DNA of 64,000 nucleotides from Glycera tridactyla (lineage: Eukaryota), in contig OZ286459.1 of NCBI GenBank assembly GCA_965644265.1, forward strand, positions 92,752,001-92,816,000, read 5' to 3'. A model generated the notes under the pieces. It saw nothing but the letters and a program-made list of their open reading frames with translations, was not told where the DNA came from and searched no databases. Both the position numbers and the translations under genes were made by a program. Shown piece after piece: positions 13,419 to 28,400 of this stretch. Position 1 is the stretch's first letter. Every line of letters starts with the position of its first letter.

Positions 13419-16400
13419 GTCAATATGATGCCCTCCAGCATCTCGACTTATCTCAACTTGCAAAATATAATTATGGTTGGTAAGTATACACGAGAATATG
13501 ATTACAAAAGAGTGGATGAAGAAGCTGGCTATCCTCATAGCAAACTGCCGATGATACTTTTTCATGAAAAAAGATCTAATAGTCATGCCATATGATGGTC
13601 AATATTTAAGGACAAGATATTTGAGATTCGACCAATTTCTTCGATGTCTAATAATCCTGCCTGGATTGAAGTGACTGAATATTTCTTTATCAGTCGAGTA
13701 ATATATCCCAGACGGAAATAGCAAACTGAGCCCTGACGCAGAGTTCTTACCTCCCCTGGGCAGATCCTCCATCTCCACGTCAACGCCATTCACGTCTTTC
13801 TTTGCTCCCGACTTGAGGTGGAATGATGGTAGTGAGATGTGTGGCCTGGAGAATTCAAGACCTTTGCCATCACCCTTAGGGGTCTTCCCCTTGGACGTTT
13901 CTATGACGTATTCGGTTTCACCCACGATAATCTCTCCACCGAGGTTAGTAGCGGGTGGGTTAGGGCAAGAAAGATCAACGTCAATTGCACCGCCATCTTT
14001 ATCCTTCGACAACCATCGGTTGCAGGGGAACTCGTACACATGACTTCGTGGAACATCTTCAATTGTGACCTTGTCTAGTTTCCAGTCTGGGGCAGGACCT
14101 GAGTTGTCATGCTCGATGTGACATCGGTTGATAGGACCTATGTATGGCAGCTTGAAGTTGAACTTGTCAACTCTGAAAGATACGAAAAATAATTACTCGC
14201 TGGAATCTGTGATGGTGAGCGTTTGGATTCCACATGGGTAATTCAATCTACCGTATTTGAAGCGGTTCGATAATATAACAATATAATTATAATGATTGAT
14301 CAAAGATATCGATAGTGATGATGATAATGTCAATAAGTCCAGCTGCGATAATGGTAATAATGATGATTACCAGAACGATGTCAACAATGATATAATCACA
14401 ATAATCATAATCATGATGAACTTATGAAATATTAACAATAGTTATAAATGAGGAATACTATCACAATGATGGACACACATTTATTCACACATTTTTGACT
14501 GAGTCTAAATCTAGGGATACTCGTGAACAAACTTAGCTTTATAAAAAGTGTTCACTTACTTTCCTGGCTCGAAGTTGTCTTTGAGGAGGTTGTCCAGTTT
14601 CACCTTTCCTGAGTCACCCAGGAGACCGAAGAATGTAAGGAAGACATTCGCGTCAGTTCCTGCATTACGTTCATCAGCTGTGTGGACCTTGACTTGGTAT
14701 TTGGTGTCTACAATGTAAAAGGAAGCTGTGTGATAGGGGCTGCCCACAAAAATGAAAATCATGACGGACCTGGGGTGAAAGAAGAAAAGCAAAATTCCCC
14801 ACAGATTTTATAAGATACTCCCGCTTTTGTAACCAGAATATAGACGAAGGTGTTGATCTCTTGCTCTCTGGTGAATACACTGCAGCTTTACGATTACCAG
14901 ACTGATGAATGACAGGATATCAAGAGAATATCTTAGGAGTGTTTGAGGGAAATTGTAACCCAACTCAATGTACAGTAAAACAATCATACAGAAGTTTGTT
15001 TCTCGCAGAAGTTGGTAGCTGATTGATCGAATGAGAGACAGCCATGGTCAAGGACTGAAACCCGAGAGGGACTGAAGGGAGGGGTTAATTCTCAAATAAA
15101 TTTGCTACATAATACTCGGAATGTAAAAATAATCATCACTAGGGTATGCATGGCTACCCATTTACTTGGTGAAAAAAAAATAATGGGCTAAGATATATGC
15201 ACTTCCGCTTGGACCCATACTCCTTCAAAATATAACTCCGGCAAATCTAGATAAGTATCCAAAGTTCTCATCATCTCAGTCATTTATATCCTATGAGTAA
15301 TCCTGCTTGTGGGACAAATGAAAGGTATGCATTACAAAATACCATGATTATATAAAGTGCTTCATCAGAGCCCAGAATACTTAAGTAGCAAGCTTTGTTA
15401 CACCCATAGTAAGCTGTCAACATACCTGGTCTGGGATAATCATTGAGATCGATTTCACCAGAAGCATCGATGTCTGCCTTGGGTTTCTTTCCTTTGCCCT
15501 TGAAGCCAAATGATGGCATGGAGATGTGCGGCATATTGATGTCAAATCCTCTTCGGTGACCTTCATCATCAGAATCATCATCTTTGTCTTTCTTGTCCTT
15601 AGGTTTCTTCTCCTTCTTATGCCTGCCTAGTGAGAACTTGGGGCCTTTGAATTTAGGACCTTTGAAGTCGAAGTCAGCATCGAAGTCAAATGATGGTGGG
15701 TCTGGGCATGACAGGTCAAAATCAATTGCACCATCATCCTTGTCCTTTGACAACCATTTGAGACAGGGAAACTCGTACACGTGGCCTCGTGGAACATCCT
15801 CGATGGTCACCTTTTCTGGTTTCCAGTCTGGTGCTGCACCAGAGTTGTCATGCTCGATGTGACATTTACCGATTGGGCCAACACATGGAAGCTCGAAGTC
15901 GAACTTATCAGTCCTAAAACAAAGTATGTCATCAATGGCAGAAAATTTGTACATTCACCATTTCAAAGTTTGGAGTCAAAATAGTATTTGGCGGCATTTT
16001 GCGAACATGGTCAAGCAGCCTCTCAATTGCACATCGCTTTAGACTTGGAACTGTAGCACTACGTTATGGTGTGGTGAGAAAGACTCCTGCTTAGACGTGT
16101 GACAAACTTAGACCAGGCTCTTCTTGAATACACACTTGTATAGATACACTGATCTGTATATGTGCTTACCACATGGCAAACACCTGTACTTGAGAGGTGA
16201 CCTGCCTACTCCAAAACTGAAGTGGAACTGGTATGAGTCAGTTCTCGAATATACAGTCTACTGAATACTGTACATGGAAGTTGGGACAGTCGAAACATAA
16301 AAAGGCCTACCAAGTCTGGTGAGCTTGAAAACAACTATGTTTACATCAATGTTCTTCTCACTGCAGGTCTTTCATGTTGGGACTGCATTTGATTTGAAAG

Positions 16401-19400
16401 CACACAAAATACAAAAAAAATCTCCCTGTACAAATATAGGCATATGACAAGTGTCAACTTACTTTCCTGGCTTGAAGTTGTCCTTGAGAAGGTTATCCAG
16501 TTTCAACTTTCCAGAGTCTCCCAGAAGACCGAAGAATGTAAGGAAGACATTGGCATCAGTTCCAGCATCCGGCTCATCAGCGGTGAGGACTTTCACCTTG
16601 TACTTTGTATCTGCAATGACAGAATAATTAGCCGCCTTGTCCTAAGAAGCATTGTATTTGATCCAATATGAGACGATGAAACATATTCACTTCATGTGTG
16701 CTCACTCCTAGCCATCATATTTGTAGTTTCATCATATCAGAATTTGATTCTCATCGAACTTTTCGGATATTCCCGATGAGTCCAGGTTTGCAATACCTTG
16801 ACTACTACAAGGGGATAGGTGGTTGTAGTTCAGGCATTCTTTAGACATATGATAAGCAGATGGTAGGCGCTTCGTTAAAAAATCATAAAACAACAGGCCT
16901 CCTTCCAGTCAGCACCAACGGGTTTCAGAAATGATTATGACATAAGATACACAATGACATACCTGGTCTGGGGTGATCACCAAGATCAAGCTCTGCAGAA
17001 GCATCAAGATCACCTTCGGGTTTCTTTCCTCGGCCCTTGAAGCCCCATGAGGGCATTGAGAACTTGGGGCCCTTGAAATGTGGCCACTTTATGCCGAAAT
17101 CAGTATCAAAATCGAATGATGGTGGATCTGGGCATGACAGGTCAAAATCGATTGCACCATCATCCTTGTCCTTTGACAACCACTTGAGACAAGGGAACTC
17201 GTATACATGTCCTCGTGGAACATCTTCAATGGTCACCTTTTCCATCTTCCAATCAGGTGCAGCACCAGAGTTGTCATGCTCGATATGACATTTGCTGATG
17301 GGACCTACGCATGGCAACTCAAAGTCGAATTTATCAGTCCTGAAACAAAGTACATGATAAAGGTAAAATTCATCTCAATTGAGTAACCTCAACACAAAAA
17401 TATTAGAACAGACAACATTCACACACGTTCTGAAAAATGAATGGATGAACTGTCGCTCTCAATTGCAATATAATTTTCACTCAGCATGGTTATGAAGGGA
17501 TTCACATGCTCACATGTTTGGTACATGAAATGACACCTAGTGTGCCAATCCGATGAATTATCACCTCCCGTCTTTGATGATCACACCAATTCTCATTGCA
17601 TGGGCAGCATAATATAGCTCATATGCTGTTGATGTGATAGAAATCCAAACCAGCTGACCAAGTGACAATGTCCGGCATTTTTTCCTGAGGCGGATATACT
17701 ACATGCATGTTCTAAATGGTGCAGGTATTTTTGAATATATATGAGGTGTGGTCATGTTCATAATCATCTGCATGAATAATGTATTCACTTACTTTCCTGG
17801 CTTGAAATTATCCTTCAGAAGGTTATCAAGCTTCAACTTTCCAGAGTCACCAAGAAGACCAAAGAATGTGAGGAATACATTGGCATCAGTTCCGGCATCT
17901 GGCTCATCAGCTGTGTGGACTTTCACTTTGTATTTGGTATCTGCAACGATTGAAAGAATACCAGATTCATGCACTGTGTACTTGGTAATTCTCTTGGAAG
18001 ATTCCCCGATCCGTACTTGATACTCAGAATGATAAAATGATAAATGGGACAATACACATAGTTTCGATCATCAGATGTGTTTCAAATGAGTATGGATGAA
18101 ATAAATGCAAGCATTTATTGTATTTGTAGTAGCAAGAGTTACCAGGATTAGATCGCTGTTAAGATGAGAGCTACGATTAAAGGGGGCACTCCAGATGAGG
18201 ATGCTGGTGAATCATGGCATGTGGATGTCAAATGCATAAAAGCATCTTATACCCCAGCTTGAAAACGTGCTTGCCATTTGAGCATGACAGATGCTTCAGT
18301 CTGATAATGGATAAATTGCTTGGGACTTTAAATCCGGCAAGTCAGTAGCACTGAACTAGCAAACAAAGCCCAACAGACCAGTAAGTTGGATCATGTGATC
18401 AAGATGTTTTACTTCACTGGACGAACATGAAATATGATTATGATACACACAGAGCACAGAAAGCATACCTGGTCTCGGGTGATCATCAAGATCAAGCTCT
18501 GCAGACGCATCAATATCTCCATGTGGTTTCTTTCCTCGTCCCTTGAAGCCCCATGATGGCATTGAGAACTTGGGGCCCTTGAAGTGAGGTCCTTTCAAGC
18601 CAAAGTCGGCATCAAAATCAAATGATGGTGGATCTGGACATGATAGATCAAAATCAATTGCACCATCATCCTTGTCCTTCGACAACCACTTGAGACAGGG
18701 GAACTCGTACACATGTCCTCGTGGAACATCTTCGATGGTCACCTTCTCCAGTTTCCAGTCTGGATCTGGTCCAGAGTTGTCATGCTCGATGTGACATCCG
18801 CCAATAGGACCAACACACGGCAGCTCAAAGTCAAATTTATCGGTTCTGCAACAAATCACAAGATCAATGAAGAATGTTCTTTCAATGAATAGTGCATAGA
18901 TAAATTTTCAAAGGTAAAGGGTATTGGTTGTATCTAGGACTGTGTGTCTGAAGTTTTTCTGTCTGATGAAGAGAATATTCATTGCATACTTGAGATTAAG
19001 GAGTGTTTGAGTGACATGTCAGGAGTAAACAAACCATCAATAAACTTGCATGTCATGTCCATGGAGTGGGTCCTGCAGATTGGTATTCTCGCAAAGTCGA
19101 TATGGACTGTGGTGATTTTAATAATCTTCAGAAAAAACATTGGCATGAGAAGGTGTCTACTTACTTTCCTGGCCTGAAGTTGTCCTTGAGGAGATTGTCT
19201 AGCTTCAACTTTCCAGAATCACCGAGAAGACCGAAGAATGTGAGGAATACATTGGCATCAGTTCCAGCATCTGGCTCATCAGCGGTGTGGACTTTCACTT
19301 TGTATTTGGTATCTACAATAAGAAAATGCAATTGAGGATGACGAAACTTATGATTCCGACCAAATTTGCTCAACTGGTAAATGGAAGACGTCAGTGTAAT

Positions 19401-22400
19401 TAATTTTGGGAATTCTTGTATAGATCATTTAAATGATATACATGGAGCCTTGAAGTATTCACTGGAACTGGTTTCTGGATAGGATTGAATGAACGCAGTA
19501 ATATAGTAAACTCATTGTAATAGATACTTCATAACTATCTCTCCCATATCCATCACGAATAATCCTGCCTCGGTTGAATAGATATTAAGCCCTGTGCAAT
19601 CAATCTCCTATATCCATATTCAAACAACTGGGGTTGGGCAGACTTTCTGTATAATTCAGAAATCATGGTAAAAGTATTAGTTGGACTTCCAAGTTAGGAC
19701 TGCCACTTGATACTGATACTTACCCAAGTACTCGGTGCCAGACTAAATGATGATTTGTGTGGTAACATTTCTAACAGGTGAGATATGATTACCACACAGA
19801 TATTACTATACAACACAAAAAGACATACCTGGTCTCGGGTGATCACCAAGATCAAGCTCTGCAGACGCATCAATATCTCCATGTGGTTTCTTTCCTCGTC
19901 CTTTGAATCCCCACGATGGCATTGAGAACTTAGGTCCCTTGAAATGAGGTCCTTTCAAGCCAAAGTCGGCATCAAAATCAAACGATGGTGGATCTGGGCA
20001 TGATAGATCAAAATCAATTGCACCATCATCCTTGTCCTTCGACAACCACTTGAGACAGGGGAACTCGTATACATGTCCTCGTGGAACATCTTCGATGGTG
20101 ACCTTGTCTAGTTTCCAATCTGGATCTGGTCCAGAGTTGTCATGCTCGATGTGACATCCGCCAATAGGACCAACACACGGCAGCTCAAAGTCAAATTTAT
20201 CGGTTCTGCAACAAATTACATGATCGATGAAAATTGTTCTTTCAATGAATAATGCATGAAGAAAGTTTGGAAGGAAATGAGTATTGGTTGTATCTGGAAA
20301 TGTGCTTCTGATGTCTGTCTGCCCGATAAAGAGAATGTATGTTGCATACTTGAGATCAAGGAGTTTTGGAGTGGCATGTCTGGAGATTGGAATAAACAAA
20401 CCATTTACAAAAGCTACATGCTGTGTACATAATAGTGTGGGTCCTGGCTATTTTTGGAGACTGGTATTCTCTCAAAGCTGATATGAGCTGGGATGATTTC
20501 AAAAATCTTCAGAAAAAACATTGGTCGGAATAAGTGTCGACTTACTTTCCTGGCCTGAAGTTGTCCTTGAGAAGATTGTCCAGCTTCAGCTTTCCAGAAT
20601 CACCGAGAAGACCGAAGAATGTAAGGAATACATTGGCATCAGTTCCAGCATCTGGCTCATCAGCGGTGTGGACTTTCACTTTGTATTTGGTATCTACAAT
20701 GAAAAAGCATCAATATCATCTGCTCTATTCACTCTGTATTTGTCAACATTCCAAGGGAATTATCGATTCCACACTATAAGTGTATTTGGTAATTAAGATC
20801 ACGGATTTTGGCAACTATTCGTTTGATCAACCAAATCTGCTCAACTGGTGAATGGAAGACGTCAGTGTAATGATTTTTTGTTTTTTTTGTATAGATGACA
20901 TACATGAAGCCTTAAATTATTCCCTGAAATTAGTTTCCGAAGAGTATCAAATGAACATAGTAACATAGTAAACCCATTGTAATATATATTTCATAGCTGT
21001 CTCCTATATCCACGTCCAAACAACTTGGGTCAGGTAGACTTTTTGTATAGTGCAGACATCAAGGTAAATGTATTACTTTGACCTCCAAGTTAGGACTGCC
21101 TCTTGATACTGATAATTCTGTGCCAGACTGAAAGAAGATGTATGATAACTACACAGAAATCACAATAAATCACAAACAGACATACCTGGTCTTGGGTGAT
21201 CGCCAAGATCGAGCTCTGCAGAAGCATCAAGATCACCTTTCGGTTTCTTTCCGCGACCCTTGAAGCCCCATGATGGCATTGAGAACTTGGGGCCCTTGAA
21301 GTGAGGTCCCTTCAGGCCAAAATCGGCATCAAAATCGAATGATGGTGGATCTGGGCATGATAGATCAAAATCAATTGCACCATCATCCTTGTCCTTTGAC
21401 AACCATTTGAGACAGGGGAATTTGTACACATGTCCTCGTGGAACATCTTCAATGGTGACCTTGTCCAGTTTCCAGTCTGGTGCAGCACCTGAGTTGTCAT
21501 GCTCGATGTGACATCCGCCAATAGGACCAACACATGGGAGTTCAAAGTCGAATTTATCGGTTCTGTAACAAAGTGCATAATGAATGAAAAATGGAGGCAG
21601 AAAGTTGGATGCAGCAGAGTACTGGTCTCCTTTGGTGCTTCTCTTCTTTACTCAAGTTTGATGCTTATAATACCTGCCCCAAACTTTTGTAGAAGAGAGC
21701 TACTATGACATGTTATTGACAAATGAATGCATAAATAGTGAAGGTCCACTGTCGGAGCAATTGTGCTGTGTATGTTGTTTTCACTGTATATACGTTATGA
21801 TGAAGTAAAATAAAGAAAGTCTTATCTTTCAACATGATATGAGGTATAGTTATGCTAGTGATTTTCTGGATAAACACGGTCATAGAGATGCGTTGACTTA
21901 CTTTCCTGGCCTGAAGTTGTCCTTGAGGAGATTGTCCAGCTTTAACTTTCCAGAATCACCAAGAAGACCAAAGAACGTCAAGAACACATTGGCATCAGTT
22001 CCAGCATCTGGCTCATCAGCGGTGTGGACTTTCACTTTGTATTTGGTATCTACAAAAAAAACCAATCACATACTTTGAAATCTTAGCATCGTAAGAACTT
22101 ATCAAAGGCAAGTTAGAGGAGATGAGATCTTCCATGCATCATTAAATTGTGAGTTTCGACATAAGTTCTGACTTCGCAGTGGCAGAGATCACACTGGGCC
22201 CTATTCTGTGTTTTCACTGTCCATATTATGTGAGTTGAATCACTCTCTAAATTCCTTGTCTATCGATGAAATGTCGTGGTCGATAGGTAAAGGACTTCAA
22301 TATGATTTGATGATGTTGTTAAATTGTCTGAATCCTACCGAATAAATTCGAATTTGAGCGAGCAACACCTTGAAGGTACGTGTGAGAGCTTGGAAGTTGT

Positions 22401-25400
22401 TGAAAGTTAGTTTTAGTTATGAGTGATGAAAATCAAGTCTTTCTTTCATTTATCTGCAATAAGCTCTCACTCCTTTTATGAACAACAAGGGTTGATTACA
22501 ATGCTCTCTCTGTGTAGGGCTTCCCACTAGAACCGTGAAAGTCCATAATATCTTGGTAATTATGGGGATCCTTTTTCCAAATTGCTATAATACAATGAAT
22601 GACCAAGGTATTTTTCTGAAGAGAAACTGATGATGAATCATGAAGTCATACCTGGTCTGGGGTGATCATGGAGGTCCAACTCAGCAGAAGCATCAAGATC
22701 TCCTTTCGGCTTCTTTCCTTGGCCCTTGAAACCCCAGGATGGCATTGAAAATTTAGGGCCCTTGAAATCAGGTCCCTTGAAGTTGAAATCAGTATCAAAG
22801 TCGAATGATGGAGGATCTGGACACGATAGATCAAAATCGATTGCGCCATCATCCTTGTCCTTTGACAACCATTTGAGACAGGGAAACTCATACACATGTC
22901 CTCGTGGAACATCCTCGATGGTCACCTTTTCCGGTTTCCAGTCTGGTGCTGCACCAGAGTTGTCATGCTCGATGTGACATTTACTGATGGGACCAACACA
23001 TGGCAGCTCAAAGTCGAATTTGTCAGTCCTGTAAAAGACATGATCACAATTGTTGTCTTAGTTACGTCAAGGTAGGAAACGTATAGATGATACCATATTT
23101 GTTGGTATTCTAAAAAAGAAAATTGACTGAAACCTATACTACACTATGGTGTGAATAAGACTATAATTGATCAAAATGAGATCCAGAACAATCAAATAAT
23201 TATGTAGGCATAACTTCAATCCCCAAAGAATATGACATGAGGTTTAGTAATGTTTGTGCCCATATAGGCAAATGGAGATACTTACTTTCCTGGCTTGAAG
23301 TTGTCCTTCAGGAGATTGTCCAGCTTTAACTTTCCAGAATCACCAAGAAGACCAAAGAACGTCAAGAACACATTGGCATCAGTTCCAGCATCTGGCTCAT
23401 CAGCGGTGTGGACTTTCACTTTGTATTTGGTATCTACAATATCAAAACTAACTGATCAGTATAGTATAGGAATTCGAATGATACAAAAGCATATGTTATC
23501 TCAACAGTACAACCCTGGAAGCCACACAGGTTCTGTGGATTATGATGATGACTGAAGTATATCATGGAATAGGGAAGCAATTCAGAAAACCAACCATAAC
23601 ACCAAGTCGGAGTAGGATTGCTTTCATAATTATGTTCTGTTTTCTCACAATAGTCAATGTACCGGCAGTATCAGATACTCAACCAATGGGGCCGGTGTTA
23701 TATATGCTCCATATTGCCCACTTTCCCAAAATAATCAGTAAAATGAGATTACATTCAAATTCAAGATGACATAGTCAACAGAAGGGGATTGATGTTGTAC
23801 GTACCTGGTCTGGGGTAATCATGAAGGTCAATTTCAGCAGAAGCATCGATGTCTCCCTTGGGTTTCTTTCCTTTGCCCTTGAAGCCAAATGATGGCATTG
23901 AGATATGTGGCATATTGATGTTGAATCCTCTACGGTGACCTTCATCATCAGATTCCTCATGTTCTTTTTTCTTTGGTGTCTTCTTTTGTTTATCTTTAGA
24001 CCCAAAAGAAAATTTCTTCTTCGGTTTTTTAATTTTAGGTCCCTTCAACTCAATGTCGACTTCAGGTGATTTGGCATCAAGCTCAATGTCACCATCGAAG
24101 TCCAGATCGAACTCGCCACCAAGTGAAAGGTCGCGATTGATTGCACCATCCTCCTTGTCTTTGGCCAACCATTTCTGACATGGGAAGACATACTTCTTCT
24201 TGTGAGGGATGTCATCAATGACAATCTTGTCGAGGAACCAAGCAGGTCCAGGCCCAGTGTTGTCATGCTCAATGTTGACTCGGTCAACAGGTCCGACAAA
24301 GTCACAGTCGATATCGAATGAATCCACCCTACAATGAAAATAATGTGAAATATCATTATGCCCTATCCGATCATCAATTACATCAATCGCACACATCAGG
24401 AATTTTCGATATCACTAATCATGAGAAAGAAGGGAAGCAATCTGAATTGCAGTCAACCGTATAGAAACAACTGAGAAATGTGCGTCCAAACGGCTAATCA
24501 AAGCACCTGAAGTGTGTACCTGCTATCTACAGCATGTAACAATCATGAAGCTAAGAACCTTACTGTTGGTTACAGTACAGCTTCATTGACTGACTATTTG
24601 TGATAACAGTCACATAGATCGTAAATTCTATAACCGAAGTAAAAAATCCTATATATCTCCGAAACACTGAACAAGAACACTATTTGATAGAGTCTGGGTG
24701 ACTCAGCTCATGATCGCACAAGTGAACAATTTCTCCATACTCATACCAGCTGTCATATGACATATACTACTCACTTTCCTGTTTCGAAGTTGTTCTTCTT
24801 GTTGTCCAGTTTATGTAGGCCAGAATCTCCCAAAGCACCAAAGAACTTTAGGAATACATTGGCATCTGTCCCTGATCCGAATTTATCACCAGTGTGGACA
24901 TGGACCTTGTAGTCTCCTCCTGTGCAGAAAGAGCAACCACAAATATACATCCTATTTGAAACAAAGGACACTTTCGAAAGACACTTTCACACAGTCAGGG
25001 ATGAAAGTCACAGTCATGTGAAACATCCTAAATGCATCTTTTTCTGAATTTTCAAAATGATCAAAATTTTCAAATTGGAATTGTTGATCCGGAAGTATCT
25101 GACTTTTCATCGATGATCATTATTCATGGTTTTTCATAGAGAACACATGTTGGTGCGTACCCTAGACTTCCACGACATCAGGCTCACTCCTGTTATTGGG
25201 GAACAAAACTCGAGCTATCAAATAGGTACCTATTTTCTCAATGAGATCCCACCTTTCCATTGAAGGAAGGTGAAGGCAAGTTCCTATTGCCAGCGAGTAA
25301 ATTGAAGTTTTGGGTCCGATAGTATAAGTGCCATCGATACACCTCATATTCCATGTCTTGAGGAATGCAAGAAACATGATGAGTATCTTGAATATTCCAA

Positions 25401-28400
25401 ATATGTATCACTTGAAATGTGTAATACACTCTTGGTCAATCATCAAATCAATCCATTTTTTAGCATACATACCTGGTTTACCGATTTTGCCACTGACATC
25501 GAGGTCCCCTTTCACCTTTGGCTCTTTATGGCCGCCCTTCATGCTGAATGATGGCAAGGAAACGGAGGGAAGATTGATGTCAAAGCCTCTGCGGCGCCCT
25601 TCATCATCTGAGTCTTCATCATGTTCTTTCTTTTTGTGCACCTTCTCTTTCTTCTTGTCCTTTGATCCAAAAGAGAATTTCTTCTTGGGCTTCTTCACTT
25701 TTGGACCTTTCAGTTCAATGTCGACTTCAGGAGCAGCGATATCGAGATCGCCTCCCAAATCGAGATCAAATTCACCACCAAGGGAAAGATCACGTAAGAT
25801 TGCACCATCATCTTTGTCTTTAGCCAACCACTTGCGACATGGGAACTCGTACTTCTTCTTGTGCTTCAGATCATCGATGACAACCTTCTCGAGGAACCAT
25901 GCGGGTCCAGCTCCTGAATTGTCATGGTCAATACTGACACGTTCAACAGGTCCCACAAAGTCGCAGTCCATATCGAATGTATCCACCCTGAAAAAAATCC
26001 GATAAATGATTCTATTGCATACTCCTGGAAACGGTGAAAAATCAGTGTCATATCATTATGGCAGCTTTTATCTTTTACATGTGGAAACAAATGAAAAGGT
26101 AAGTGTACCTTTCATGGAACATATATTGTAGCATTCTTGCAAAGACAGTCATCATCGAGTGGTGATGAAAAGAATACGAGTGTTTTTAAAACGACCAGAG
26201 ACATATCAATCGCACTATAAATCCCATATCAGACATCAATCACTGTATTTCACGAGGAAGATAGATGGAAGAACTCACTTTCCAGTCTCGAAGTTGTTCT
26301 TCTTGTTATCAAGTTTGTGGCGGCCAGAATCTCCAAGAGCGCCAAAGAACTGAAGGAACACATTGGCATCGGTTCCAGATCCGAACTCGTCCCCAGTGTG
26401 GACGTGCACCTTATAGTCCCCATCTGTGAAGTCAAAATTAATCATTTGTCAGATTGCTAATTCATTGAGACGATTGAATAGATCAAGATCATCTTATTCC
26501 GTGGATGGATAGGGTCTGGAACATGAAAGACAACAAAGCACCATGGAGGTATATGATAGAGGAGCAATCTATTCAAAATTATATAGTAAAATTCAATAAA
26601 ATAATCAAGGGTTTCTGATCGAAATCGGGGGAATGAGGATGTACGTCGATTCAAGTTTCCGGGATACACGGTGGCCAGAAAATTGAAACTGGATGCGAAA
26701 TTGGGAGAAAAAAAATTCAGGGGATAGGTGGGTAAGAATTTCTTCCAGTCTGTCCACTTATTTTTCAATGGCACAACACCTAAAAAAGGAATACAAATCA
26801 TACCTCGTCACACTGAGAAGAAACCCATGATATTATCGACTAGAAATGTCACTGGAGTATAGAGAAGCATATGCATGGATGGGGTTTCAGTGCAATCTTT
26901 AAAATCCAGCAAGCAAGATGATTGATTGGTTGATTACTAGAGCATATATCTATCTATCAATAAGATTGCTTAACAGAGAAACCTGGCCGTTGTGAAATGC
27001 CTGTGGATTGGCAAATTTATCCCCCATGATAAAATCAATCTAAAGACAAAAGCACTTGTCTTGCAGAACTTCTGTCATTGAAGATGACGTGATTTTGGAT
27101 TGTCACCGTGGTTTTGACTGGTATCCCTAGTACACTGCACAAGACAGTTGATATGCAATTACCTGGTTTATCTAAGTGTCCATTGAGGTCCACATCTCCC
27201 TTGACCTTTGGTTCCTTATGTCCACCTTTCATGCTGAATGAGGGCAGGGAGATGGATGGCAGGTTGATATCAATACCTCTTCGGCGACTCTCGTCATCCG
27301 AGTCCTCATCTGATTTCTTCTTCTTTGGCTCCTTCTCCTTTTTCTTCTTATCTTTTGAGCCAAATGAAAACTTCTTCTTTGGTTTCTTGACTTTGGGGCC
27401 TTTCACTTCGATGTCAACCGCTGGAGCTTTAGCACCAATGTCAATATCACCATCAAAGTCGAGATCAAATTCGCCGCCAAGTGAAAGTTCACGTGAGATC
27501 TTTCCATCATCTTTCTTCTTGTCTAGCCATTGCTGGCACGGGAAGACATACTTCCGCTTGTGAGGGAGGTCATCAATGACAATCTTGTCGAGGAACCAAG
27601 CTGGCGCAAATCCACTATTGTCATGCTCCACCTCAACACGACTAACAGGTCCAACAAAGTCACAGTCAACATCGAATGTATCTACCCTGCAGACAAATTG
27701 AGTGAAGAGATATTTAGTTACAGTCCACTGATGGGTCATTTCAGATCAGAGTGAACGCCCCACTTTGGCCCATGCAAAGTCAAGTATGTCAACACATACA
27801 TACATGCACACAAGTCATCGGAGCATTGAGAATCCAAACATGAAGCTAAAGCTAAAGTATGATAATCCATGGCAATTGTTTTCATGGAGTACGTTTTAAA
27901 TGTCATATGACAGACAGAAAAGAGAACCATTCACCTTCACAAGCCAGGTAAATTTTCTGGTTGGATGGATCTAAATTCAGGCTCTCGAATTCAAGGAAAA
28001 CAATCCTACTCATATAAAAACACGGCCAGTTGAATTCCTCCGATTTGCAGGGAATTTCAGACCAACTACTTATAGTGCAGAAAATTATTTCTCTGTCGTA
28101 ATGAGTAGACAAATTGTAACGTCAAAATTTATAAAGTAACTATCTCAGTATGTTTTCTCTCTACTTGAGAATCATGAATTATTTCATTGAATGAAATATC
28201 TGGTGATCACGGTACTTACTTTCCTGCTTCAAAGTTCTTCTTTTTGTTGTGGAGGTTTTGAAGCCCAGAATCACCCAGTTCTCCGAAGAATTTGAGTAAG
28301 ACATTGGCATCTGTTCCTGCACCAAACTTGTCACCAGTGTAGAAATGCACCTTGTAATTTCCTTCTGCAAATGTATAAATCATGAATTCAAGGAAAAATT

